This document shows, one piece after another, positions 1 through 9,342 of a DNA stretch of 59,225 nt (position 1 is the stretch's first letter; each line of letters opens with the position of its first letter). The stretch spans positions 30,319-89,543 of the forward strand of contig JAGOJO010000002.1 of NCBI GenBank assembly GCA_017995075.1, read 5' to 3'. The translations under genes and the position numbers were made by a program. Below the pieces are notes generated by a model. That model worked only from the letters and a program-made list of their open reading frames with translations. It did no database searches and was not told the origin of the DNA. The stretch is from Bacteroidia bacterium. GTDB taxonomy: Bacteria; Bacteroidota; Bacteroidia; AKYH767-A; OLB10.

Positions 1-2
1 AA

Positions 3-653
3 TTACTCCGCTACCGCTACTACTTCTTCAACGCCGGGTACCATCTGCTTGAGCAGGTTTTCGATTCCCGATTTGAGGGTAACTGTGGAGGAGGGGCATC
101 CGCTGCAGGCGCCTTTGAGCACTACACTCACCACCCCATCCTGAAAAGAGCGGAAATGAATCGCGCCGCCGTCGCCTTCTACTGCCGGACGTACATATTC
201 TTCGAGGACTTCGATGATCTTTTTTTCTGCTTCAGGATCAGGAGGTGTTGATTTACGTTCTTTTGCCGGAGCTTCCGTAGTGGTGGTTGCAGGAGCTGAT
301 GTTGCGGCTGTTGGTTGCAGATGATTGCGTCCTGGAATATGTCCTTCTTCAAATGGTGAGCTGATGAACAATTGCTCTCCCGACATCAGAAATCCGCGCA
401 TAAACTCCCGTAAAATATTAGTGAGATCGAACCAGTCGAGTTCGGATACTTTATTGATGGTGACAAAATTGGAGGTGATGAAGACCTTGGTGACTCCGCT
501 GAATCCAAACAGATCCCGGGCGAGGGGACAATTCACCGCTTCTTCGGGTGTGTTGTACTCTACTGTGCCGCCTTCGAGTAACATGACGTCGGCTACAAAT
601 TTGAGACTATTAGGATTGGGAGTGAGTTCGGCGTAAACGTTGATTGGTCGCAT
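3..653 (-). CDS. Nfu/NifU-type Fe-S cluster scaffold (Nfu_N domain, T/A/P-rich linker, C-terminal NifU domain)
   Basis: ORF 3..680. The N-terminus MRPINVYAELTPNPNSLKF is typical of Nfu_N, and the C-terminus has the GACSGCPSS CxxC motif. I moved the start to ATG 653 because a TAnnTTTG box (658-665, minus strand) lies inside the longer ORF. Confidence 0.85.
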   Translation of the reverse strand: MRPINVYAELTPNPNSLKFVADVMLLEGGTVEYNTPEEAVNCPLARDLFGFSGVTKVFITSNFVTINKVSELDWFDLTNILREFMRGFLMSGEQLFISSPFEEGHIPGRNHLQPTAATSAPATTTTEAPAKERKSTPPDPEAEKKIIEVLEEYVRPAVEGDGGAIHFRSFQDGVVSVVLKGACSGCPSSTVTLKSGIENLLKQMVPGVEEVVAVAE

Positions 654-657
654 GGTG

Positions 658-665
658 CAAAGATA
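658..665 (-). promoter_or_regulatory. Bacteroidetes -7 box TATCTTTG, 4 nt upstream of the ATG at 653
   Basis: Exact TAnnTTTG match on the minus strand. Confidence 0.5.
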
Positions 666-714
666 TGGAGTTGATAACAATTGACGGATAGGAATGTTTT
701 ACAGAGAATAGCCG

Positions 715-722
715 TATTTTTG
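715..722 (+). promoter_or_regulatory. Bacteroidetes -7 box TATTTTTG upstream of nadB
   Basis: Exact TAnnTTTG match, 33 nt upstream of ATG 756. Confidence 0.45.
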
Positions 723-755
723 CCCCGAACCGCCTTTCGTGGTTCTCTATCTAAG

Positions 756-2348
756 ATGCAACAACAAACAGATTTCCTTGTAATCGGTTCAGGTATTGCC
801 GGCTTGAGTTATGCCCTGAAAGTGGCGGAATTCGGTAAGGTAACCATTATTACCAAGGCAAATCGTGATGAAACCAATACCAAATACGCTCAGGGTGGCA
901 TTGCTGCTGTTACCTATGCACCCGATTCAGTGGAGAAGCATATCGCAGATACCCTGGATGCCGGAGATGGCCTTTGCGATGAGAAGATTGTTCGAATCGT
1001 GATTACCGAAGGAATGGAGCGGATCACCGAGCTGATTAACTGGGGTGCTGATTTCGATAAGGATGAATCGGGGAAATACGATCTCGCCCGTGAAGGTGGT
1101 CATAGCGAACACCGTATCCTCCACCATAAAGACAGTACCGGTGCTGAAATAGAACGCACTTTGCTCGATCAGATTGCTAAACATCCCAATATTTCCCTGA
1201 TCACGCATCTCTTCGCGCTCGACCTGATCACGGAGCACCATCTCGGACAAGAAGTCACACGGAGCTTAGGTGGTATCTCCTGTTTTGGTGTGTATGCGCT
1301 GAATCTCAAAACCCGAAAGGTAGAAACTATCCTCAGCCGTATTACCATGGTAGCTACAGGCGGTGCCGGACAACTCTACCGCACAACAACCAATCCGAGA
1401 ATAGCGACAGGAGATGGTGTGGCCATGGTGTACAGAGCGAAAGGGCATGTGCAGGACATGGAATTCATACAATTTCACCCTACAGGATTATATGAACCGG
1501 GAGTGAGTCCGGCTTTTCTCATATCCGAAGCCGTTAGAGGTGCCGGCGCTATTCTCCGCAATGCCGAGCACGAAGATTTCATGCCCCGTTATGACGAACG
1601 CGGATCCCTGGCGCCGAGAGATATCGTCGCACGCGCTATCGACAACGAAATCAAACTCGCCGGAGGAGAACATGTATGGCTCGACTGTACCGGTATCGAT
1701 CCCGAAAAATTCGAAGCGCATTTTCCGAACATCTTACGCAAATGCAAACGCATCGGTATTGATCCCGCCAAAGATTTTATTCCCGTTGCTCCGGCAGCAC
1801 ATTATATCTGCGGAGGTATCAGCGTCGACGAAAACGGTTGCAGCGATATCGCCAATCTCTATGCGGCAGGTGAATGTGCGCGCACCGGATTACATGGTGC
1901 CAACCGTCTCGCGAGTAACTCCTTGCTCGAAGCAGTGGTTTTCTCGCACCGTGCCTGGAAACACAGCGTTGAAAAATTAAAAGAAGTGACTTTCCGCAGC
2001 GATATCCCCGACTGGAATGCAGAGGGAACTACCGCGCCGCGTGAAATGATTTTGATTACGGAGAATATCCGCGAATTGCAGGCGTTGATGACGAACTATG
2101 TCGGCATAGTGCGCAGTAATACCCGTCTCAAACGAGCTATGGATCGACTACGTATCATTTACGGAGAGACGGAAGCGTTATATCTCCGGACGACAGTATC
2201 TCCTCCACTTTGTGAGCTGAGAAACATGATTAACGTGGCGTATCTGGTAGTGAAAGCCGCTATGGCACGCACTGAAAATCGCGGACTCCATTACAATACT
2301 GACCTTGAATCTGCACAACTGGCCGCCCGACATGAGGGATCTGCATAA
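756..2348 (+). CDS. nadB: L-aspartate oxidase
   Basis: ORF 681..2348. FAD motif FLVIGSGIAGLSYA, succinate dehydrogenase/fumarate reductase-type flavoprotein core, and the C-terminal RTENRGLHY motif. I chose the first ATG at 756; the track start at 681 is TTG. Confidence 0.9.
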   Translation: MQQQTDFLVIGSGIAGLSYALKVAEFGKVTIITKANRDETNTKYAQGGIAAVTYAPDSVEKHIADTLDAGDGLCDEKIVRIVITEGMERITELINWGADFDKDESGKYDLAREGGHSEHRILHHKDSTGAEIERTLLDQIAKHPNISLITHLFALDLITEHHLGQEVTRSLGGISCFGVYALNLKTRKVETILSRITMVATGGAGQLYRTTTNPRIATGDGVAMVYRAKGHVQDMEFIQFHPTGLYEPGVSPAFLISEAVRGAGAILRNAEHEDFMPRYDERGSLAPRDIVARAIDNEIKLAGGEHVWLDCTGIDPEKFEAHFPNILRKCKRIGIDPAKDFIPVAPAAHYICGGISVDENGCSDIANLYAAGECARTGLHGANRLASNSLLEAVVFSHRAWKHSVEKLKEVTFRSDIPDWNAEGTTAPREMILITENIRELQALMTNYVGIVRSNTRLKRAMDRLRIIYGETEALYLRTTVSPPLCELRNMINVAYLVVKAAMARTENRGLHYNTDLESAQLAARHEGSA

Positions 2349-3312
2349 GATTTTTGAAATTGATTCAGCGGAGATGTTCCGGCAATATGCACTGGAGATT
2401 TTCCGTCGGCAAAGTCGTGAGTTACCGGTGTATCGGGAATTCCTGCAAGCCCTGAATTGTCATCCGGCAGATGTGAATTCGCTGGAACAAATTCCTTTTC
2501 TTCCGGTAGAATTCTTCAAGAGCAGAACAATACTTCTCGAAGGAAAACAACCACAGGCTGTCTTTACTTCCAGTGGTACACAAGGACAAACGACATCTTC
2601 CCATCCGGTTGCAGACCTTAAGTTATATGAAGAAAGTTTCATGTCTGCGTTCCGGAAGTTTTATGGTGACCCGGAAGAATATTGTCTGCTTGCACTATTG
2701 CCTTCTTATCTCGAACGAGAAGGCTCTTCGCTGGTCTATATGGCCGAGAAACTGGTAGTGGCCACCCGGAATCCCGAGAGTGGATTTTACCTCAATCAAT
2801 ACGAAGCATTGGCCGATAAACTGAAAATGTTGAAAGCGGCAAAGCAAAAAACGATTCTCCTCGGTGTGACCTATGCGCTGCTGGATCTTGCTGCCTCTTT
2901 TCCAGTCGATTTTCCTGAACTGATCATTATGGAAACAGGAGGGATGAAGGGTCGCCGCAAGGAAATGGTGCGGGAGGAAGTCCATAAAGTACTTTGTCAG
3001 GCATTCGGCATTCAGGATGTCCACTCTGAATATGGAATGACAGAGCTCTTATCGCAGGCGTATTCCAAAGGCCAGGGCATCTTTGCAACACCACCCTGGA
3101 TGAAAGTGATGATCCGTGATATCCATGATCCGTTTCTGTTGCTCCCTCCCGGGCGGACAGGCTGCATAAACATCATCGATCTCGCAAATGCAAACTCCTG
3201 TTCCTTCCTGGCAACCGGTGATCTGGGAAAATGCCATACCGACGAAACCTTCGAAGTTTCCGGACGATTTGATCAGGCGGAGATACGGGGCTGCAACCTC
3301 ATGGTAGAGTGA
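2332..3312 (+). CDS. LuxE/PaaK-like acyl-protein synthetase family protein
   Basis: ORF 2305..3312. The protein (FTSSGTQG..., METGGMKGRRKE) resembles the LuxE-type adenylate-forming family. ATG 2332 overlaps the nadB stop by 17 nt. Confidence 0.65.
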   Translation: MRDLHKIFEIDSAEMFRQYALEIFRRQSRELPVYREFLQALNCHPADVNSLEQIPFLPVEFFKSRTILLEGKQPQAVFTSSGTQGQTTSSHPVADLKLYEESFMSAFRKFYGDPEEYCLLALLPSYLEREGSSLVYMAEKLVVATRNPESGFYLNQYEALADKLKMLKAAKQKTILLGVTYALLDLAASFPVDFPELIIMETGGMKGRRKEMVREEVHKVLCQAFGIQDVHSEYGMTELLSQAYSKGQGIFATPPWMKVMIRDIHDPFLLLPPGRTGCINIIDLANANSCSFLATGDLGKCHTDETFEVSGRFDQAEIRGCNLMVE

Positions 3313-3436
3313 GAATTCTTCAATTTATCAACCCGATGGTTTGGTTTTTCAGTTGTTTACCTTCTCCGGGGATTTATTCACCTCATAATTGTTATCAATT
3401 GACCCCACAAGCCACCAATTAGCTGCTTTCCCTGCG

Positions 3437-3444
3437 TAAATTTG
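3437..3444 (+). promoter_or_regulatory. Bacteroidetes -7 box TAAATTTG
   Basis: Exact TAnnTTTG match, 20 nt upstream of ATG 3465. Confidence 0.45.
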
Positions 3445-3464
3445 CCTACCCTCTACATTAGGCA

Positions 3465-4850
3465 ATGGCCATCGGATATTCCCGTTATTTAAAGTCGATC
3501 TATTTATTCATAGACTTACTCCTGCTGAACCTCACGTTCTGTCTGGTGAGTTTCTATTTTAAATATCCCAACCTTTCCGCCGACTCCAATTTTCTTGCGC
3601 AGTTTCTCTACATCAATTTATTCTGGTCGATTACCATTTCCATCTTCCGGGTTCATGAGATAGACCGCGGACTACGATTTGAGCAAGTACTGGGAATGCT
3701 GTTCAGAGCATATGGACTATTTTCCATTATGCTGATTACCTTCCTCTATTTCTTCGATCAGTATTTCATTCCTGTCTTTCATTTTGAATTAAAAATATTC
3801 ATCTGGGGTCTGGTATTTCTTCTCTGGAGATCACTGGCAGCGTACATCATTAATTTCATTCGCCGCCGCGGGATGAACTATCGGAAAGTGATCATTGTTG
3901 GAAATGGAATTCCTGCAAGGGAGATGATGAAGTATTTCAATAAACATCCGGAGATGGGTTATAAACTCAAGGGTGTTTTTTGTGATGAATCACATATCCT
4001 CGATCCACAACAGGTCACCGGAAGGGTTAGTGAAGCCAAGGCCTACGTGCAGGAGAAGAAAATTGATGAAATTTACTGTTCGCTCTCGGGACTTGAAGCA
4101 GAGCAAGTGGCAGATCTGATGAATTTTGCCGACAATAATCTCGTACGCTTCAAGGTAGTTCCTGATTTCAGGGGATTCCTGAGCAGAAAAGTAAAAATTG
4201 ATTTCTATGATCTTGTTCCGGTGCTGAGTATGCGTCGTGAGCCTCTGCAGAATGGGTTTAACCGGATCATCAAACGCACCTTCGACATTGTTTTTTCACT
4301 GTTAGTGATTCTGCTGGTGTTTCCGATTGCGCTGCTTGTTATTGCTCCGTTGATAAAATTAAGTTCCCGCGGGCCTATTTTCTTCAAGCAACTTCGGTCG
4401 GGGAGAAATAACGAAGAATTTTACTGCTATAAATTCCGCACGATGCATGTAAATGATCAGGCGGATTCATTGCAGGCGAAAAAAGGTGATACACGCATAA
4501 CAGCGATTGGTGCATTTTTACGCAAGACGAGTCTCGATGAGTTGCCCCAGTTTTACAATGCACTCATCGGCAATATGTCGGTAGTTGGTCCGAGGCCGCA
4601 CATGCTTCGACACACCGAAGAATACTCCAAGCTTATTGATAAATTCATGGTGCGACAGCTGGTAAAACCCGGCGTGACAGGATGGGCCCAGGTTCATGGT
4701 TACAGAGGAGATACACGCGATAGTAGTCTTATGGAGAAAAGGGTAGAGTACGATGTATGGTACCTCGAAAACTGGTCGCTGATTCTCGATATCAAAATCG
4801 TAGTCATCACTGCATGGCAGGTAATTGCCAGTAAGTACACCGGAGAGTAG
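3465..4850 (+). CDS. Undecaprenyl-phosphate hexose-1-phosphate transferase (WcaJ/WbaP-type initiating sugar transferase)
   Basis: Multi-pass N-terminus, a central Rossmann-like segment (VIIVGNG) and a C-terminal bacterial sugar transferase domain (KRTFDIVFS...PRPHM...KPGVTGWAQV). Confidence 0.85.
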   Translation: MAIGYSRYLKSIYLFIDLLLLNLTFCLVSFYFKYPNLSADSNFLAQFLYINLFWSITISIFRVHEIDRGLRFEQVLGMLFRAYGLFSIMLITFLYFFDQYFIPVFHFELKIFIWGLVFLLWRSLAAYIINFIRRRGMNYRKVIIVGNGIPAREMMKYFNKHPEMGYKLKGVFCDESHILDPQQVTGRVSEAKAYVQEKKIDEIYCSLSGLEAEQVADLMNFADNNLVRFKVVPDFRGFLSRKVKIDFYDLVPVLSMRREPLQNGFNRIIKRTFDIVFSLLVILLVFPIALLVIAPLIKLSSRGPIFFKQLRSGRNNEEFYCYKFRTMHVNDQADSLQAKKGDTRITAIGAFLRKTSLDELPQFYNALIGNMSVVGPRPHMLRHTEEYSKLIDKFMVRQLVKPGVTGWAQVHGYRGDTRDSSLMEKRVEYDVWYLENWSLILDIKIVVITAWQVIASKYTGE

Positions 4851-4969
4851 CTTTTGTACCTCCCGGACATTTCAAAAAAAGAACCATCACTCTTTCTTTC
4901 CAATCTGCTGACTATCAATCCAAATTAAACTTAAGAAAAGGTTTATTTGATCTTTGAAAGCGTAACGTG

Positions 4970-4977
4970 TACTTTTG
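4970..4977 (+). promoter_or_regulatory. Bacteroidetes -7 box TACTTTTG, 7 nt upstream of the ctaB ATG
   Basis: Exact TAnnTTTG match. It lies inside the GTG-started longer ORF and so supports ATG 4985. Confidence 0.5.
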
Positions 4978-4984
4978 CGCATTC

Positions 4985-5872
4985 ATGGATCAGCCCCTCC
5001 TTGCACCCAAAAACAATACATTGATAGTCAAGCTTTCAGACTACGCCCAGTTAGGGAAAATGCGTCTTGCTTCGCTGGTCGTTTTTTCTGCAGCGATGGC
5101 ATTTCTGACTGCGCCCGGACATATCGACTGGATGCGTTTTCTCATGTTGATCATTGGAGGGGTATTGACAACAGTTTCAGCCAACGGTTTTAATCAGGTA
5201 ATTGAACGGGATCTCGATAAACTCATGGACAGAACCATGTCGAGGCCTATTCCAGATAACCGTATGGGAGTTCAGGAAGCACTGGCCTATGGTGTGGTTA
5301 CCGGATTAGCGGGTGTGTTTATCCTCAGTTATTTTCTGAATATCTACAGTGGAATCCTTGGTGCACTGTCGATTGTGCTCTATACCTTGGCTTATACACC
5401 GATGAAGCGGAAATCACCGTTTGCGGTTTTTATCGGAGCTGTTCCCGGTGCAATTCCTCCTTTGCTGGGATGGGTAGCCGCCACTAACAGTTTCAGTATG
5501 AGTGGATGGTTATTGTTCAGCATTCAGTTTTTATGGCAATTCCCACATTTCTGGGCCATCGCCTGGGTCCTGGACGAAGACTATAAAAAAGCAGGGTTTA
5601 AAATGTTGCCCACCGGTGAACGCGATAAAGATTCGGCATTTCAGGCGCTGTTATATACCTTTAGTCTGCTTCCGCTCGGATTCATGCCTTACGTATTTGG
5701 TATCAGTGGATACATTGCAGCCTTCATCATCACTGCAGTAAGTCTGTATTTCTTCTACCTCGCCTTCCAGCTGTTTATCCGTTGTGATATTCCCTCTGCC
5801 CGCAAACTGATGTTCGGTTCATTTGTTTACTTACCTGTAGTACAAATAGCCTTAGTAATTGATAAAATCTGA
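4985..5872 (+). CDS. ctaB: Protoheme IX farnesyltransferase (heme O synthase)
   Basis: UbiA-family polytopic protein with NQVIERDLDKLMDRTMSRP (the NxxxDxxxD-type prenyltransferase motif). It sits directly upstream of the cytochrome oxidase subunit genes. Confidence 0.9.
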   Translation: MDQPLLAPKNNTLIVKLSDYAQLGKMRLASLVVFSAAMAFLTAPGHIDWMRFLMLIIGGVLTTVSANGFNQVIERDLDKLMDRTMSRPIPDNRMGVQEALAYGVVTGLAGVFILSYFLNIYSGILGALSIVLYTLAYTPMKRKSPFAVFIGAVPGAIPPLLGWVAATNSFSMSGWLLFSIQFLWQFPHFWAIAWVLDEDYKKAGFKMLPTGERDKDSAFQALLYTFSLLPLGFMPYVFGISGYIAAFIITAVSLYFFYLAFQLFIRCDIPSARKLMFGSFVYLPVVQIALVIDKI

Positions 5873-5877
5873 AACGA

Positions 5878-6459
5878 ATGGAAATGACCGTCGAAAATCC
5901 AGTTAGCGAAAAACCAAAAATTGCCACCCAGAAGATCCTGCTCGGATTGGGTATGGCCAGTATTGTGATGCTCTTTGCCGGACTCACCTCCGGATACATT
6001 GTGCGTCAGGCGGAAGGGCGATGGGCGTATTTTGATATTCCCACTACGTTTTATGTGTCGTCTGCCTTTATTTTGCTTAGCAGCCTCACCATGCACCTTG
6101 GACTCCTGGCCGCCAAAAAAGACCGGCTTCAGGAAGTTAAGCGATACCTCATTATCACCCTCGGGCTGGCACTGGCCTTTGTTTTCACCCAGTTTTTGGG
6201 ATGGAACGAATTGGTAAAGAACGGCGTATACTTCGTCGACCGGACTACACCTTCCGGCTCCTTCTTCTACGTAATCACCGGTCTTCACCTGGCTCACGTA
6301 GCATTTGGGATCCTCGGACTCATCGTAACCAGTGCAAAATCTATCAGAGAACGCTATAATTCAAATAATTACCTGGGCATTTCACTCTGTGCAATATATT
6401 GGCACTTCCTGGACGCCCTTTGGATATATTTATTTGTATTTTTGGCCGTCTATCGATAA
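5878..6459 (+). CDS. Cytochrome c oxidase subunit III family protein (short form)
   Basis: 193 aa with 5 TM helices and the C-terminal YWHFLDALWIYLF motif typical of subunit III. Confidence 0.8.
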   Translation: MEMTVENPVSEKPKIATQKILLGLGMASIVMLFAGLTSGYIVRQAEGRWAYFDIPTTFYVSSAFILLSSLTMHLGLLAAKKDRLQEVKRYLIITLGLALAFVFTQFLGWNELVKNGVYFVDRTTPSGSFFYVITGLHLAHVAFGILGLIVTSAKSIRERYNSNNYLGISLCAIYWHFLDALWIYLFVFLAVYR

Positions 6460-6487
6460 TCAACCAACCTAATATCTGAATCTAAGT

Positions 6488-7330
6488 ATGGCTGCAGAAG
6501 CTACTATGACCAAGGACACCGGCGCCACCAACTCATGGATGGGCGGTCGCTCCCCGTTTAATGTAAGCTGGGGTAAAATGATGATGTGGTTTTTCCTTGT
6601 GTCGGATGCATTTACATTCTCCTCATTGATCATTGCTTACGGAACAATGCGTCACCGCTTCGCCGAAATTTGGCCGAAAGCAAATGACGTATTTACGCAC
6701 TTCCCGTTTTATGAAGGGCATATCCCACTGGCTTATGTAGGTTTAATGACCTTCATCCTGATCATGAGTTCGGTAACCATGGTACTTGCTGTGGATGCCG
6801 GTCACCGTCGCGATAACAAAGGTGTAGCCATCTGGTTATTCCTGACAATCATCGGTGGTTTCATGTTCCTTGGGTCACAGGCCTGGGAGTGGTATCACTT
6901 CATTCATGGAACTGAAAAAGGAGCCTATCTGATGGCTGATGGTTCTATTTATCGTGATGTAGCGAATGCTTATGAGTTAAAAGGAGAAGTTCCTCCTGCA
7001 GGCTCGCTGATCTCGCAGGATTATAAAGTGGTTTCTGATCCTGCAAAAGTGGCAGCCATGAAAGCCGGAGCTGAACATATTCATGGTGCAAACCTTACGC
7101 ACAATGAATACGGTCATCCGCTCTTCGCCGACTTCTTCTTCTTCATTACCGGATTCCACGGATTCCACGTATTCTCCGGGGTGTTGATCAATATTATTAT
7201 CTTCCTCAATGTACTGGCCGGCGTTTATTCCCGTCGCGGACACTATGAGCACATCGAGAAGACCGGTCTCTACTGGCACTTTGTAGATCTGGTGTGGGTA
7301 TTCGTATTCACCTTCTTCTATCTTGTTTAA
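6488..7330 (+). CDS. Cytochrome c oxidase subunit III family protein (long form)
   Basis: 280 aa with the C-terminal GLYWHFVDLVWVFVFTFFY motif. This is the second half of the split subunit III arrangement common in Bacteroidota. Confidence 0.85.
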   Translation: MAAEATMTKDTGATNSWMGGRSPFNVSWGKMMMWFFLVSDAFTFSSLIIAYGTMRHRFAEIWPKANDVFTHFPFYEGHIPLAYVGLMTFILIMSSVTMVLAVDAGHRRDNKGVAIWLFLTIIGGFMFLGSQAWEWYHFIHGTEKGAYLMADGSIYRDVANAYELKGEVPPAGSLISQDYKVVSDPAKVAAMKAGAEHIHGANLTHNEYGHPLFADFFFFITGFHGFHVFSGVLINIIIFLNVLAGVYSRRGHYEHIEKTGLYWHFVDLVWVFVFTFFYLV

Positions 7331-7352
7331 TCCCTAACTGACCAAGTAAAGT

Positions 7353-7721
7353 ATGTCATCAGATAATCACTCACATCCACACGGTTATTATACCGGCGAT
7401 ATCCATAATCAGTTCGTAGAAGAACATTACGATCCGAAGAACAAATCAGTCATCTGGAGAACATTCTGGATCCTGTTGTTCATCACCATCTTTGAAGTAG
7501 CGATTGCTTTTGCTCCGATTGCTAAGAGTATCCTGATGGTTACGTTCATCGTACTTACCCTGGTGAAAGCTTATTTCATTGTGGCGTTCTTCATGCACTT
7601 GAAACATGAAAAAATCAGTTTCGCTTATACGATCATTCTTCCGTTTGTCCTGATCATTTACCTTATCGGTATGGCATTGGCTGAAGGAAGTTTCCTGAAT
7701 CTCTGGGATCGTCTGTTCTAG
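7353..7721 (+). CDS. Cytochrome c oxidase subunit IV family protein (prokaryotic caa3 type)
   Basis: 122 aa with 3 TM helices and the KAYFIVAFFMHLKHE motif, in oxidase gene context. Confidence 0.75.
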   Translation: MSSDNHSHPHGYYTGDIHNQFVEEHYDPKNKSVIWRTFWILLFITIFEVAIAFAPIAKSILMVTFIVLTLVKAYFIVAFFMHLKHEKISFAYTIILPFVLIIYLIGMALAEGSFLNLWDRLF

Positions 7722-7738
7722 TATGATATAACCAATCA

Positions 7739-8413
7739 GTGAAAAAAATTGCGATTCTTGTTATTGTTCTGATCATTCCTTCCGTTGCATACCTTTTGAT
7801 GCAAACCGGGAAGAATACTTACAAAAAACTTGAAATCTTCGGTCCGAAAGAACCTATTGAAAAGACCGTCAACGGCAAAGTAGTAGTGGATACACTCTAT
7901 CATACCGTTGGCGGTTTTTCTTTGTATGATACCGATAGTGCGTTGGTCAACGAAAAAATTGTAGATGGAAAGATCTATGTCGTGGACTTTTTCTTCAGCA
8001 CCTGCACTACCATTTGTCCCAAAATGTCGAATCAATTGATGCGTGTGCAACATACGTACGGTGATGAAAAAGATGTGGCTGTCCTTTCGTTTACGGTAGA
8101 TCCGCTGAATGATTCTCCGGAACGTTTGAAGGCCTATGCTGCGAAACATAAAGCGAAAAAGGGATTCTGGTATTTTCTTACAGGAGAGAAGGAGCAGATT
8201 TATTCACTCGCTAAAAATTCTTATTTCCTGAATGCAGTGGAAGGGGATGGAACCGGAGATGCGTTTTTACATTCCGAGCAATTTTTACTGATTGATAAGG
8301 ATAAACATATACGTGGTATTTACGATGGTACTGATCATTTTGAAGTGAAACGTCTGATCGAGGACATCGCCGCTCTGCAGAATGAGTACAAAGAAATAGC
8401 TGTGGCGAAGTAA
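7739..8413 (+). CDS. SCO1/SenC family copper chaperone
   Basis: GTG start, signal-anchor sequence and a thioredoxin fold with FFFSTCTTICP (CxxxCP copper motif). Confidence 0.85.
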   Translation: MKKIAILVIVLIIPSVAYLLMQTGKNTYKKLEIFGPKEPIEKTVNGKVVVDTLYHTVGGFSLYDTDSALVNEKIVDGKIYVVDFFFSTCTTICPKMSNQLMRVQHTYGDEKDVAVLSFTVDPLNDSPERLKAYAAKHKAKKGFWYFLTGEKEQIYSLAKNSYFLNAVEGDGTGDAFLHSEQFLLIDKDKHIRGIYDGTDHFEVKRLIEDIAALQNEYKEIAVAK

Positions 8414-8456
8414 ACTCCGCGACGGTTGGATTGTTACCGAATAAAGTAAAGTTCAA

Positions 8457-9002
8457 ATGGCAAATCTTGAGCAGTATAAAGAGAAGAATGTATTTCGTCT
8501 GGTAATGACCTTGTCAGTGGTGGTCTTCCTCGTGGTGATCATCCTCGATAGTAAAATCCTTCCACGTCCGGAGCCAATGCCCGAATTTGCGCGTTCTCTT
8601 CCGATGTTGAATGCGTTTATTAATGGTACCTGTTCCATACTACTACTTTTATCACTGCAGGCGATTAAACGAAAAAATGTGGCCCGTCACAAGCAGCTAA
8701 ACCTGTTGACCTTTGTTTTGTCGAGCCTCTTTTTGATTTCATATGTTACCTACCATTGGCTGAGTGATGAAACAAAGTTCCCGGCGGATAATCCGATGCG
8801 TCCTGTTTACTGGACCATTCTGATTTCTCATATCATCCTGGCAGCTGCAGTCTTGCCGATGGTGTTGGTCTCTTTCTGGTATGGCCTGACCAATCAGGTG
8901 CAGAAACACCGGAAACTGGTGCGATTTACGTTCCCTATCTGGCTGTATGTGACCGTTACGGGCGTAATTGTCTATCTGATGATTTCACCTTATTACAAAT
9001 AA
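8457..9002 (+). CDS. DUF420 (CtaM-like) membrane protein
   Basis: 181 aa with 4-5 TM helices and a typical position after SCO in aa3/caa3 oxidase clusters. Confidence 0.75.
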   Translation: MANLEQYKEKNVFRLVMTLSVVVFLVVIILDSKILPRPEPMPEFARSLPMLNAFINGTCSILLLLSLQAIKRKNVARHKQLNLLTFVLSSLFLISYVTYHWLSDETKFPADNPMRPVYWTILISHIILAAAVLPMVLVSFWYGLTNQVQKHRKLVRFTFPIWLYVTVTGVIVYLMISPYYK

Positions 9003-9033
9003 ATATCATTTGCGAATTACGCTCGTGTAGTCG

Positions 9034-9041
9034 TACATTTG
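9034..9041 (+). promoter_or_regulatory. Bacteroidetes -7 box TACATTTG
   Basis: Exact TAnnTTTG match, 16 nt upstream of ATG 9058. Confidence 0.45.
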
Positions 9042-9057
9042 CATAAATCCAATAGCT

Positions 9058-9285
9058 ATGAAACGGATATTCCTACTGTTGTTTACCTGCACCTTGTTGC
9101 TCTCTGCGGCAGAGGTGTCTGCTCAGTGTTCAATGTGTCGCCGTGTGGCTGAATCGAATCTTGAATCCGGGGAGAAGAAAGGCCGCGGACTGAATACCGG
9201 AATCCTGTACCTGATGTCGGTGCCGTACCTGATGGGCGGTGTAGCCGGCTATATCTGGTGGAAAAATAACCGAAAGACAAAATGA
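9058..9285 (+). CDS. Small secreted, membrane-anchored CxxC protein (hypothetical)
   Basis: 75 aa with a signal peptide, a CSMC motif right after the predicted cleavage site and a C-terminal TM helix. It has its own -7 box and a strong terminator. Confidence 0.5.
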   Translation: MKRIFLLLFTCTLLLSAAEVSAQCSMCRRVAESNLESGEKKGRGLNTGILYLMSVPYLMGGVAGYIWWKNNRKTK

Positions 9286-9291
9286 TACTTT

Positions 9292-9316
9292 ACCCGTCGA
9301 AAGGCGGGTTTTTTTA
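9292..9316 (+). terminator. Rho-independent terminator
   Basis: ACCCGTC-GAAA-GGCGGGT stem with a tetraloop, followed by T7. Confidence 0.8.
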
Positions 9317-9342
9317 TGTCTATTCTTTTTATGGATTCCATT

